From the IMG/VR virus record IMGVR_UViG_3300045988_132111: a stretch of DNA of 63,965 bases; one strand, given 5' to 3'. Below the pieces are notes generated by a model. The model ran no database searches. It was not told where the DNA came from and saw nothing but the letters and a program-made list of their open reading frames with translations. Source of the stretch: a virus. Each line of letters begins with the position of its first letter. Within the stretch, counting starts at the first letter, position 1. Positions 27,373 through 35,675 of this stretch are shown here, one piece after another. The position numbers were made by a program, and so were the translations under genes.

Positions 27373-27463
27373 AAGAAGACCCGGAGTCTGAAGAACATCC
27401 GAGTACGTTCCAAAATATAAAAGACAACGAACCAGCGTAAATCGCTAATCCGTCATCTTCTCT

Positions 27464-27491
27464 CTATAAAAGTGTATGTAATTTTCGCACG
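27464..27491 (-). promoter_or_regulatory. promoter-like box P2
   Basis: Coding strand: CGTGCG-AAAATTACATACACTT-TTATAG, about 90 nt upstream of the tRNA 5' end. Confidence 0.45.
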
Positions 27492-27517
27492 TAATCTTTT
27501 GGGGCACGTTCGTAACA

Positions 27518-27895
27518 TCAGGTAATTAACTTGAAATGCCTCTCTTTATACTCTCTATTATTACGAGCTGCTCTAAGCACGCTCTTATGATCACCCTCAA
27601 TATTTCTTGCACATTCTCTAGCCGATTGAAATTCTTCGCCAGATTCCAAAACTTCAATTCGCTGTCCAGGACGTCCTATAATATCTAGTGGAGGATCTGA
27701 AGAATATCGTCCTCCCGAAACGACGATATGATAACCATGACATGTGTTGAATCCTGTTTCTCCTCTAACGACTTTCCCCAACCATTTAGCATCAACATTC
27801 AGTCTGTTTGCGCATGCTTGTATAGAATTAAACTCCTCGCCAGTCTCGACGATTCGAACTGGGATGCCGTCTCTTTTTGTATCAAACTCGTTCAC
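27518..27895 (-). CDS. DNA-binding-type protein with two ETGEEF-S..CA repeats
   Basis: Internal duplication: VRIVETGEEFNSIQACANRL and RIEVLESGEEFQSARECARNI. GTG start at 27895 after AAAGGAG. The track N-terminus runs over a terminator hairpin. Confidence 0.4.
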   Translation of the reverse strand: MNEFDTKRDGIPVRIVETGEEFNSIQACANRLNVDAKWLGKVVRGETGFNTCHGYHIVVSGGRYSSDPPLDIIGRPGQRIEVLESGEEFQSARECARNIEGDHKSVLRAARNNREYKERHFKLIT

Positions 27896-27931
27896 AAGAA
27901 ATATCACTCCTTTCGTGGTATAGCCAAAAAA

Positions 27932-27956
27932 AGAGCGCCTGTAAACCAAGCGCCCT
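27932..27956 (-). terminator. intrinsic terminator
   Basis: Coding strand: AGGGCGCTTG-GTTTA-CAGGCGCTCT followed by T8. Confidence 0.7.
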
Positions 27957-27975
27957 GATTTGGAATATAAAGTTT

Positions 27976-28251
27976 TTATTTTATTCTACGAGTCACAATT
28001 TGCTCCGGATGTTCTTTCGCGATCTTTTCGAAAATCTGGTTAAGGTTTGTTCCGTGGTTCTCGTCAAAGTAGTCCATCGTGACATGGAAAGATACAGCGC
28101 CGCCATCCCTAAAACCTTTACCATATGTCATTACGTTATAAAATTTCAAAACTGCTAACGCTCCACCTATAGCACCTCCGATGATTGCTCCTTTGTGCTT
28201 TTCATAGAATCCCTTAACTTTTTCTTTAAAGTGCTTCTCCTTTGTGCTCAT
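27976..28251 (-). CDS. small membrane protein
   Basis: 91 aa with a Gly-rich TM segment (GAIIGGAIGGALAVL). AGGAGG RBS. Confidence 0.6.
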   Translation of the reverse strand: MSTKEKHFKEKVKGFYEKHKGAIIGGAIGGALAVLKFYNVMTYGKGFRDGGAVSFHVTMDYFDENHGTNLNQIFEKIAKEHPEQIVTRRIK

Positions 28252-28291
28252 TTTTTAATCCTCCTGAAATATAAATGTAAACCTTATGGTT

Positions 28292-28319
28292 CCATAATAG
28301 AGCTTGTAAATATCACGAA
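28292..28319 (-). promoter_or_regulatory. promoter-like box P3
   Basis: Coding strand: TTCGTG-ATATTTACAAGCTCTA-TTATGG. Confidence 0.5.
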
Positions 28320-28330
28320 CCACTTACGCA

Positions 28331-28573
28331 TCATTCAACCATACTGTATGTAGGAAGTAAATCAGAATACTCACACTGCAGAGCATAGCAGAGATTCATA
28401 AATGTTCTCATGTTCGGCATTCGCTGCTTATTCAAATATCTACTCAACGCAGCCTCTGTAATATGAGCTTTTTTCGCCAACTGTCTTTGACTGATTCCAA
28501 CCTCGTCCATAATATCGCTAAGGTTGTCTGCAAAAATACAAATGAACTCAACTTCGCTAATGCTGTTTCGCAT
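28331..28573 (-). CDS. XRE-family HTH regulator
   Basis: ISQRQLAKKAHITEAALSRYLNKQRMP is a classic HTH_3. The ATG at 28573 follows TGGAGGAATTTT. The 80-aa track extension is a translation of the palindrome array. Confidence 0.75.
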   Translation of the reverse strand: MRNSISEVEFICIFADNLSDIMDEVGISQRQLAKKAHITEAALSRYLNKQRMPNMRTFMNLCYALQCEYSDLLPTYSMVE

Positions 28574-28594
28574 AAAATTCCTCCATTTAGTTTT

Positions 28595-28898
28595 TGGATA
28601 TCCAATATTATCCAAGCGGTAAGGGGTGGCAAAAGTCTTTATATATTTTATTTTTTTCTCACGTAATAATAAGGGGGTTACCTTTTGGATAAGTGGATAT
28701 CCAACAATTATCCCATTTTTAGTCCAAAATAGCCCTAAAATGGTGTTTTTTGACGATTTTGACCGAGTTTTTGGATATCCAATAATTATTACTTTAGTTT
28801 TTTGGATATCCAATAATTACCAGATGTCTTCGTCTTCCTCGTCAGTTTTTGGATATCCATTAATGTCATTATCATTTTCTTCTATTTCTGGATATCCA
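28595..28898. repeat. array of six copies of the 10-bp palindrome TGGATATCCA (extended consensus TTTTGGATATCCAATAATTAT)
   Basis: Copies at 28595, 28694, 28772, 28803, 28850 and 28889. The spacing is irregular. Four are intergenic and two lie inside the 3' half of the RHH gene. Confidence 0.9.
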
Positions 28899-29071
28899 AT
28901 AATTCCATCATTTTTCGATAAATAATTGAAAATTTTCAATCCTTTTCTCAAGACTTCTGCCTTAGACAAACCTTCCTTTTCCGCTAATTTTTTTAAAATG
29001 TAATTCTCCTCCTGCGACAGTCGAAGTCGATACTGTTCACATTTACCGTTAAATCCTTTCGGTCTTCCCAC
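28817..29071 (-). CDS. ribbon-helix-helix (CopG/Arc-like) protein
   Basis: RLRLSQEENYILKKLAEKEGLSKAEVLRKGL follows the RHH pattern. GTG start. Confidence 0.5.
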   Translation of the reverse strand: MGRPKGFNGKCEQYRLRLSQEENYILKKLAEKEGLSKAEVLRKGLKIFNYLSKNDGIIGYPEIEENDNDINGYPKTDEEDEDIW

Positions 29072-29074
29072 ATT

Positions 29075-29278
29075 CTATCTCCAAACCTTTCCGTTCGTCT
29101 TATCCTGAAGCACCACACGCCCCTGGATAACAAAACCATTCATTGCACAAATATTATGCAAATCTCTCATAGTCTTTTTAAATCTACGATAATCAATCTC
29201 ACGATCAGCTCTGTTTATCGCTCCACAGGCTGTAGGATCATCAAACCCCTCACTATTTCTATTACTGTGTCTTCCCAT
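29075..29278 (-). CDS. hypothetical protein
   Basis: 67-aa ORF on the coding strand. Confidence 0.5.
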   Translation of the reverse strand: MGRHSNRNSEGFDDPTACGAINRADREIDYRRFKKTMRDLHNICAMNGFVIQGRVVLQDKTNGKVWR

Positions 29279-29385
29279 TTCTTTTCTTCCTTTCTTTTAA
29301 ATAATCCAGAGAGTCCAAAGCCCGATCACCAATAATATCCCGAATAAGATACTAATCAATAAGTCTAACATCATAATTTATTCTT

Positions 29386-29592
29386 TCATTCCCTTTCCTT
29401 TAATATATCTGTGCCAAGAAATTCTTTTATCTTTCCAAGACACTCATCACACAAATCAATTCTACTACTGTTGAAACCTTGAAGGGTCTCGAAGCGTAAC
29501 CCAATTACAGTTCCCATAACCAAGTCATATCCATATTTCTTATTCTTATCATAATACTTTCCACACCTGTCGCATTTTCTTGCTATTGCCAT
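29386..29592 (-). CDS. zinc-ribbon protein
   Basis: CDRCGK..(~40 aa)..CDEC. The ATG at 29592 follows GGAGGAGTATTTGAAA. Confidence 0.55.
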   Translation of the reverse strand: MAIARKCDRCGKYYDKNKKYGYDLVMGTVIGLRFETLQGFNSSRIDLCDECLGKIKEFLGTDILKERE

Positions 29593-29663
29593 TTTCAAAT
29601 ACTCCTCCAAATATCAATAATAATTTTAATTGTCCATGACATCAATTAAAAAATTAAACATCC

Positions 29664-30035
29664 TCACACCATCACTTTCTCAGCCTTTAACCGGACTCCG
29701 CCATATTTCCAAAGCTTATCCTTAATCTCGTCCAAGCTCAGCTTACCGTCCTGCCATGCTTCGTAATATTCGATAACCTTATCTGTGAATCCCGGTAATT
29801 TCTGTGTATAACTCTTTTTCCAATATTCATCCATCAAAACACAAAGAGGTAGTCCAAGAAATAATGCAAGCGCAGTGTTGATTGCTTCATCTGCCGCCTC
29901 TCGCTTTGCTTCAGATATCTGTTTCTGCACAAGACTATTCACCATTTGATCCAGCTGAGCCTTAGTGAGGTTATATGTGATTGTGTGCTCTTTCTCAGAT
30001 TCTCTTTTCTGTCGTCGCATTTCAGCTCTGGTCAT
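29664..30035 (-). CDS. hypothetical protein
   Basis: 123-aa ORF. Confidence 0.55.
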   Translation of the reverse strand: MTRAEMRRQKRESEKEHTITYNLTKAQLDQMVNSLVQKQISEAKREAADEAINTALALFLGLPLCVLMDEYWKKSYTQKLPGFTDKVIEYYEAWQDGKLSLDEIKDKLWKYGGVRLKAEKVMV

Positions 30036-30036
30036 A

Positions 30037-30207
30037 TTAAAAGCCTCCGTTCAACAAATAAAAGCCAATCTCGATAAGAGCCGAAATAAGCATATATCCT
30101 AAACCAGTCCTAATTCTTTCGTTCGCATCTAGCTCTATCCCTACCATAAAAATAACGGACCAAATGATTCCAGTCCAGACTAGATATAATCCAATTGCTT
30201 TTGTCAT
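30037..30207 (-). CDS. small two-TM membrane protein (56 aa, not in the track)
   Basis: Own translation: MTKAIGLYLVWTGIIWSVIFMVG..YMLISALIEIGFYLLNGGF. The start overlaps the upstream stop (TGATG). Confidence 0.45.
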   Translation of the reverse strand: MTKAIGLYLVWTGIIWSVIFMVGIELDANERIRTGLGYMLISALIEIGFYLLNGGF

Positions 30208-31199
30208 CACATTTTCCTTTCTGGTTCAAGAAATTCTGGCACTCCAAGATTAAAGAAAGTATCATCTTTATAAATCCAAAAAGTACCGGTTTTCCTACTA
30301 TATTTATATATCTTGTCAGTGAGAAAATCCTCCTCTGGTGTCGCCTCCATGATAGTTTCTTTTAAGATTCGCTCCAAATCTTCCGGAGGATATAAACTAT
30401 CCACGCCATGTATCATTGCTTCATGGATGCTTGTGAATACTACATAAAAGTCTCCATTAAGCAAATAGGCTAATCTTTGAGCTACGCCTGGTAAAAATAT
30501 TGCGACTCCTCCATTTGTTTTTCTTACGGTGCTAAGACAATTTCCAACCTCATAATTATCTATTTGAAAATCATTATTCAAATCCATAAAGCATTCACCG
30601 CTGTAATCTGGATTGGATAACATTTCTTCCCATAAGTAAATACGAGGAGGAGAAATGAAATAGGTATTCAGAAGCGCCGTATCGAATACTGTCTCTGTGC
30701 TCAGTCCCCACTCATTCAGATTCTCTCGTCGTATTTTCATACTGGCGATCCGGTTTTCCGCCTTTCCAACTTGCATATACAACACCAACGCAATTTCCCC
30801 AATCACCTTGTATACGGCTTTGGACAGTTCTTTTTCATAGAGTTTTCTATTAAGAGGGCGGATGAATAAGTCCCCTTTTATTTTCTCATAATCGTTCAGA
30901 TTCTTTGTCCTCTCAAAAAATCCAGCTGCTCTTAATTTCAACACCTCTCCCGCCACTGTGTTTGCGATTGTTTCTACTGAAACACCATCTTCGTAATCTT
31001 CAAAAAGTTCCTCCGTGTGAATTCCACAGACTTCTTTTCCTGCCGCTGAAGCTCGGACTTCTACAAACAGTCGATCCCCATTAGGAGTCATTCCGTTTTC
31101 ATCTCGCTCTTCAAAGTAGATTTGTTTCTCCCCAAGTCCAAAACACTTCATTAATTCGTCTCTCAAACAGCCTACAAATTCTTCATACTTTTTGTTCAT
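30207..31199 (-). CDS. hypothetical protein (DUF5688-like, from memory)
   Basis: The ATG at 31199 follows AAGGAGG. The track start lies inside the terminator region. Confidence 0.55.
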   Translation of the reverse strand: MNKKYEEFVGCLRDELMKCFGLGEKQIYFEERDENGMTPNGDRLFVEVRASAAGKEVCGIHTEELFEDYEDGVSVETIANTVAGEVLKLRAAGFFERTKNLNDYEKIKGDLFIRPLNRKLYEKELSKAVYKVIGEIALVLYMQVGKAENRIASMKIRRENLNEWGLSTETVFDTALLNTYFISPPRIYLWEEMLSNPDYSGECFMDLNNDFQIDNYEVGNCLSTVRKTNGGVAIFLPGVAQRLAYLLNGDFYVVFTSIHEAMIHGVDSLYPPEDLERILKETIMEATPEEDFLTDKIYKYSRKTGTFWIYKDDTFFNLGVPEFLEPERKM

Positions 31200-31234
31200 A
31201 CAAAAATCCTCCTTTTCGTGGTGTGAAATTAAAA

Positions 31235-31266
31235 ATAGAGCCACAGTATTTCTACCGTAGCCCTAT
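31235..31266 (-). terminator. intrinsic terminator with GAAA tetraloop
   Basis: Coding strand: ATAGGGCTACGGTA-GAAA-TACTGTGGCTCTAT followed by TTTTTAATTT. Confidence 0.7.
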
Positions 31267-31301
31267 TCGAGATCTGAACTTCAGTTTGGACTTTACTTCT
31301 C

Positions 31302-31937
31302 CTAACCCAACAAAGCCGTATCAATAATCTGGAAATTTGCCCGGTGGATATAAAGAGCCTTACCATCAATCATTAATTTCGTCATCTTTGGTAAGTCGTC
31401 AGGAACTTTCCAATACACTTCGTCCCCAGAATATGCAGTAATCGGCTGTCCGAGCTGTGATTTGATAACCACGACCCTTGATTTTCCGAAATAATTTTTA
31501 TATTCATTAATGATTCCGGAAACGAAGGTGTTGTCTAACAGTGCCCCATCGGTGTGACTATAAATATCACTCTGGGTGAAATCAGCGTCCGGTATCAGTC
31601 CATCCTGCTCGAATATACAGGTGTCACCACAGCTCTGAATCTGCTCTCCATCAATATTAATTGTAATTACGGATGATATATCGTAATTTGTGATAATACT
31701 ACCGCTACTGTCATAGCTCTTGGATTTAACTTTATTGCCTTTCACATTAATCTTGTCGCCCACGGTGGTCATTACTTTATTTCCGTAGTTATCATATGTA
31801 CGGATAGTGTAACCATTACCGGTAAGATTCCCCTGAATCTCATTAATTGTATCTTCTAATGCCGCGCACCCAGTAACTCCGATAGTCAGGCAGATACATA
31901 ACATAGCCGCAATAATAATTCTGAATTTTTTCTTCAT
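31302..31937 (-). CDS. lipoprotein
   Basis: MKKKFRIIIAAMLCICLTIGVTGC is a signal peptide plus lipobox. Confidence 0.75.
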   Translation of the reverse strand: MKKKFRIIIAAMLCICLTIGVTGCAALEDTINEIQGNLTGNGYTIRTYDNYGNKVMTTVGDKINVKGNKVKSKSYDSSGSIITNYDISSVITINIDGEQIQSCGDTCIFEQDGLIPDADFTQSDIYSHTDGALLDNTFVSGIINEYKNYFGKSRVVVIKSQLGQPITAYSGDEVYWKVPDDLPKMTKLMIDGKALYIHRANFQIIDTALLG

Positions 31938-31959
31938 AGTACTTCATTCCTCCATGCGA

Positions 31960-32106
31960 TCAAAAAAGTAATAATATAAACGCATATAATACAGTGAGTA
32001 AAAACACAGCCCACCACTGCCAAGTGGTTATAGCGTATCCCATACTATGTATAATAATGCTTTCTAATGCCAAAACCAAACCACCAATAACTGTTTTCAT
32101 AGTCAT
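31960..32106 (-). CDS. small membrane protein (48 aa, not in the track)
   Basis: Own translation: MTMKTVIGGLVLALESIIIHSMGYAITTWQWWAVFLLTVLYAFILLLF. Confidence 0.4.
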   Translation of the reverse strand: MTMKTVIGGLVLALESIIIHSMGYAITTWQWWAVFLLTVLYAFILLLF

Positions 32107-32179
32107 TGCTACTCCTTATCGTATCTTCTATCAGCTGGTATCGCTCGTCTTGCATCAGCCTCCATCTCCGCTATTGTTA

Positions 32180-32740
32180 TTAACTGATCTGGATGTATTT
32201 TAGCGTATTCAGCAGTGCCATGTGCTTCCAAATTTCCTTCCTGAGCTCTTCTTTTATCGCCTCACGAGAGTCTACGGTAATCAACTCATTATACGGAAGA
32301 CTCTCGATCCACTTACAAACCTCTCGCCATTCATCCAGCTTGTGATTCTTCCGCTGTCTGTAGATATTCGCTAGCACCTCATAGTTCAGCATAACGTTAC
32401 GAGTCTGGTTATAATTACTCGGAAGAAGCTGAATCATCTGCCACCAATATGTTTTATCTCTGGTTTTTAAATATAACTCACGAAACATATTTAGGTTTTT
32501 GATCGTGGTTTCCATCATATCCTTAGCAGAATATATGCGGGTTGGAATAGATTCATCTTTTCTAAAAAACGAATCTTTATCACATAAATCCCTTTGATTA
32601 TCATAACAATTCACGCATGATTCATCAGAAAAACACGTATCACTCTTCTCCCAAGAATTCATAGGATTTCTCATTCCCTGAATAATAAACTCCATCTGCT
32701 CCGGACTTGCCAGAACCACATTTTCTAATTTAATGCTCAT
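32180..32740 (-). CDS. ThyX-like protein apparently lacking the RHRxxS motif
   Basis: The N-terminus (VVLASPEQMEFIIQGMRNPMNSW) and C-terminus (LLPSNYNQTRNVMLNYEVLANIYRQR..DEWREVCKWIESLP) recall ThyX. No RHR-x-x-S is seen. Confidence 0.3.
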   Translation of the reverse strand: MSIKLENVVLASPEQMEFIIQGMRNPMNSWEKSDTCFSDESCVNCYDNQRDLCDKDSFFRKDESIPTRIYSAKDMMETTIKNLNMFRELYLKTRDKTYWWQMIQLLPSNYNQTRNVMLNYEVLANIYRQRKNHKLDEWREVCKWIESLPYNELITVDSREAIKEELRKEIWKHMALLNTLKYIQIS

Positions 32741-32961
32741 TCACAATATCCTCCCAGCTCAATTTCCACAAGTTTGTCAGCTTCGATTTCCAGAATATCC
32801 ACGTCGACATCTGATAAATTCTCAACTACAGCTCTTTTGTTACTAGATCTTTAGCCACCTCAGCAGCGTCTTTTTCTGTATAAACACCGAAGATTTTTTT
32901 CGATATGACCATAACCATAATCGTTATAATAAGTATTTCCATGAACTACATATAAGATCAC
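32737..32961 (-). pseudogene. frame-disrupted paralog of 35111..35362
   Basis: Frame 1 reads VILYVVHGNTYYNDYGYGHIEK. After the A7 run (32894-32900) the homologous IFGVYTEKDAAEVAKDLVTKE is in another frame. The tail VVENLSDVDVDILEIEADKLVEIELGGYCE* is back in frame 1. Confidence 0.5.
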
Positions 32962-33107
32962 TTCTTTTCCTCCTCTACAAGTTTTCTTATAACAATGCCT
33001 TTCTCCGCATATCTCATGCCTTCCCAGACATTCAACAAATCAAAGAAATCTTTGAGACTGATTTTTCTCTCCGCGAGTTCCTCGATGAAATCTTTATTGT
33101 TCGTCAT
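32958..33107 (-). CDS. small hypothetical protein (49 aa, not in the track)
   Basis: Own translation: MTNNKDFIEELAERKISLKDFFDLLNVWEGMRYAEKGIVIRKLVEEEKK. Confidence 0.4.
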   Translation of the reverse strand: MTNNKDFIEELAERKISLKDFFDLLNVWEGMRYAEKGIVIRKLVEEEKK

Positions 33108-33442
33108 TATTTACAAACATCCTCCACTCTTAATATCTCTACAATTTTCAGCACATCCTCTATCCTGTTAAGTTCTACTCCTCCGACCTTGGCAGCACTC
33201 ATTGTCAGCATTGCACGACAATCGTCATCTCCAGCAATCCAAAAGTCTGGTCTCAAACCTGCCAATCTATTCCAACTCCCATATTTACCGATAATAAGTA
33301 CAGGGCAGATTAGGCCGTCCGATATTTCTATCACATCTCTACGTCGTTCTTGTCTAATAGGAATCATACTAGATAAACATGAAAGTTTCGAATAAAGTTC
33401 TTCCGCCCAACAATCGTGAACGACTATTTGTATCGTTTTCAT
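33107..33442 (-). CDS. hypothetical protein, paralog of 33968..34351
   Basis: Shared pattern: ..GKYGSWNRLAGLRPDFW.. versus ..GMYGSLRQTQGLYPDFY.., and ..VLKIVEILRVED versus VVKIIDILKIVE. Confidence 0.55.
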   Translation of the reverse strand: MKTIQIVVHDCWAEELYSKLSCLSSMIPIRQERRRDVIEISDGLICPVLIIGKYGSWNRLAGLRPDFWIAGDDDCRAMLTMSAAKVGGVELNRIEDVLKIVEILRVEDVCK

Positions 33443-33590
33443 TTCCGTCACCCCTTTGAATAATATTTATAATCATTGCTGAGACATGAATAAGCAAAAA
33501 AAGCACATTCCTCTAAATTCACAAATATTACATTTTTGATTATTGGACATGGCGATTTTGATTATCTTAGATACTGATTCTTCGTCTAAT

Positions 33591-33971
33591 TTAATCATTT
33601 CTCGTCTCCTTTCTGGAAACATAATATTCCGCACTAGATGGCACTAATGTGATAGATATAGACACCAATTCAGCGGAGTCGATAACTTTTATACCGTATT
33701 CCATATGACTTTTAACCGCACGATAATATCCACCACATCCAATCTTATCGTCTTCAAGTAATTCTAAGACATCATCCATTCCGCTTTCAATTTCTGCCAA
33801 AAGTCCTTCTTCATCTTTAATAACTTTCGCAATACCAATGGGATGTGACTTATCAAAATTGAAGAGCACAAAGACTTTGCTTGGGATTTTAATAGTTGCT
33901 GATTTTGAAAATTGGACACCATTTTTATCAATAAGATTATATTTTAGAAACCGCCCAGATAACCGAATCAT
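33591..33971 (-). CDS. hypothetical protein
   Basis: 126-aa ORF with ATGA coupling to the upstream gene. Confidence 0.55.
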   Translation of the reverse strand: MIRLSGRFLKYNLIDKNGVQFSKSATIKIPSKVFVLFNFDKSHPIGIAKVIKDEEGLLAEIESGMDDVLELLEDDKIGCGGYYRAVKSHMEYGIKVIDSAELVSISITLVPSSAEYYVSRKETRND

Positions 33972-34351
33972 TCACAATACCCTCCTAAGTTAACATCCAC
34001 GGCTGTATCAGACTCATCATCATTACTTTCTACTATTTTTAAAATATCAATGATTTTTACCACGTCTGTGACATGTTTAAGACCCACACCATCAACCGCA
34101 GTTGATCTCTCGGATAAATATGTTTCTGCTTCTTGACTAGAACAGTTATAGAAATCCGGATACAAACCTTGCGTTTGCCGAAGCGAGCCATACATTCCTC
34201 TAATCATAATTGGATGAGATACCTTTTCTCGTATCTCAATCGTATGGGTTCGTCTATTGTACTTGTATGGAATCGTTAATTGCTCAGAAAGGGCTTCAAA
34301 TACAATGTGAATGTCAATTTCCTTCCGTCTATGGATTATTATGTTAATCAT
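33968..34351 (-). CDS. hypothetical protein, paralog of 33107..33442
   Basis: 127 aa. The C-terminus ..NLGGYCE* encodes the RBS for the next gene. Confidence 0.55.
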   Translation of the reverse strand: MINIIIHRRKEIDIHIVFEALSEQLTIPYKYNRRTHTIEIREKVSHPIMIRGMYGSLRQTQGLYPDFYNCSSQEAETYLSERSTAVDGVGLKHVTDVVKIIDILKIVESNDDESDTAVDVNLGGYCE

Positions 34352-34518
34352 CTCTTTTTGTTTCTCCTTTCTGGTCGGGAATTTTTGCAGTAAGCAAGTC
34401 TACAATATCCGCCCATTCCATTTCCCATGAAATCTTTTGTGGCTGGATTCCAATGACGACATTTTAAACACTTTCCGCTTGGTTGAAATAAGTTGGCAGC
34501 GATTCCAATATTACTCAT
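34348..34518 (-). CDS. small Cys-rich protein (56 aa, not in the track)
   Basis: Own translation: MSNIGIAANLFQPSGKCLKCRHWNPATKDFMGNGMGGYCRLAYCKNSRPERRNKKR (CxxC...CxxxxC). Confidence 0.5.
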   Translation of the reverse strand: MSNIGIAANLFQPSGKCLKCRHWNPATKDFMGNGMGGYCRLAYCKNSRPERRNKKR

Positions 34519-34729
34519 ATATTATTATCCCTTTCTTTCTGAGGTTGATATGCGCCTAATTAAGAGCCATGCATATCTGAACATTTCTAATAGAACGTTT
34601 CCCGTGATGCCTACGATAATTATTTGTGTCGAATATCAGACAATTTTGTTCATACATCCACTTATTGCCATTCTTTCTTAATTTATACCAGCCATGTGGC
34701 ATTTTATATTTTTTTCTTATCCTCATCAC

Positions 34730-34897
34730 TCATTTCTCTCTTCCGGATCGAGGCTCATAATCTTTACAACCCTTAACTTTCTTCTTTATGACCCTGCCGT
34801 AATTAGCATTGCACCAGATTCCATTATGATTAATGGACGATTTGGTTTTATGATCTGTGCAGTTATGGCGACAGCTATGGCATAACGATTTACTCAT
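34730..34897 (-). CDS. small Cys-rich protein
   Basis: MSKSLCHSCRHNC..IWCNANY..GCKD. The ATG at 34897 follows GGGAGAAGCAAG. Confidence 0.5.
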   Translation of the reverse strand: MSKSLCHSCRHNCTDHKTKSSINHNGIWCNANYGRVIKKKVKGCKDYEPRSGREK

Positions 34898-35114
34898 CTT
34901 GCTTCTCCCTTTCTCTTTCTCCTTTGGTTTTGAGTTGTATTTTAATTCCATCATTATTCAATGTTGATATAGATTTAACTTCAGTATCAAGTAACACTTT
35001 GTCAATGATGCCGTTTGCATCGAGTGAAGGAGAAACAATAAGAGCTGGAACGGGACCAGTCATAATATACACGTTAGATCTACAACATGATAATAAATCT
35101 TTTAATTTAATCAT
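34890..35114 (-). CDS. hypothetical protein
   Basis: 74-aa ORF with ATGA coupling. Confidence 0.5.
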   Translation of the reverse strand: MIKLKDLLSCCRSNVYIMTGPVPALIVSPSLDANGIIDKVLLDTEVKSISTLNNDGIKIQLKTKGEREREKQDE

Positions 35115-35362
35115 TCTATGTATCCTCCTAATTTTTCGTCTATACGTGTGTCTTCAGGTATCTCTACGATATAAAACTCGACTTCAGATCTATCGTTGAG
35201 TTCTGTAAACCTAGATTGTTGATCTTGTTCGAAGTATTCGTCTTCTGCCTGTTTCTTTACTTTCTCAGCCATTTTACGCGACGAAAAAACACCGAAAATA
35301 TGTATTTCTTCACCGTATCCGCCAAACCACGTATTCCCGTATACCAAATATAATTTTTTCAT
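35111..35362 (-). CDS. hypothetical protein (intact paralog of 32737..32961)
   Basis: MKKLYLVYGNTWFGGYGEEIHIFGVF...EKLGGYIE*. Confidence 0.55.
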   Translation of the reverse strand: MKKLYLVYGNTWFGGYGEEIHIFGVFSSRKMAEKVKKQAEDEYFEQDQQSRFTELNDRSEVEFYIVEIPEDTRIDEKLGGYIE

Positions 35363-35384
35363 ATGAAATCTCCTTTATTCATAC

Positions 35385-35550
35385 CTACCGATTTCTCCTT
35401 TCTGGTCGTGGGTTTTTACAGTAGTTAAATCTACACCGACCACCAGTAATAATCCCCATAAAGTTTTTTCTAGCGGACTCCCAATATCGGCATTGTAAGC
35501 ATTTTGCATTTGGTTGAAATATATTATAAAGTTATCCCAATATTACTCAC
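35385..35550 (-). pseudogene. degraded paralog of the 34348..34518 Cys-rich gene
   Basis: The nucleotide sequence is clearly similar. The GTG AGT AAT ATT GGG start is followed by TAA after 8 codons. The homologous FQPNAKCLQCRYWESARKNFMGIITGGRCRFNYCKNPRPERRNR is in another frame with no start codon. Confidence 0.35.
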
Positions 35551-35675
35551 TCACATCTCCTCCACAATATTTTTAAATATATGAACGTAATATGTTTTAT
35601 CGCCTATAAGAACAACATCCCCATCAAGATCACAACCTGATATTTTTGCGAGTTCAATGATTTCATCTTTATCCA

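Noticed and set aside
28574-28813. N-terminal 80 aa of track ORF 28331..28813, with repeated GYPKT. Plus ORF 28626..28925 covers the same region.
   Set aside because: The repeats are translations of the TGGATATCCA palindrome array. A good RBS and ATG at 28573 start the HTH domain.
31994-32203. Plus-strand 69-aa hydrophobic ORF.
   Set aside because: The minus strand encodes a 48-aa membrane peptide (31960..32106) that is co-oriented and closely packed with its neighbours. The plus ORF has no RBS.
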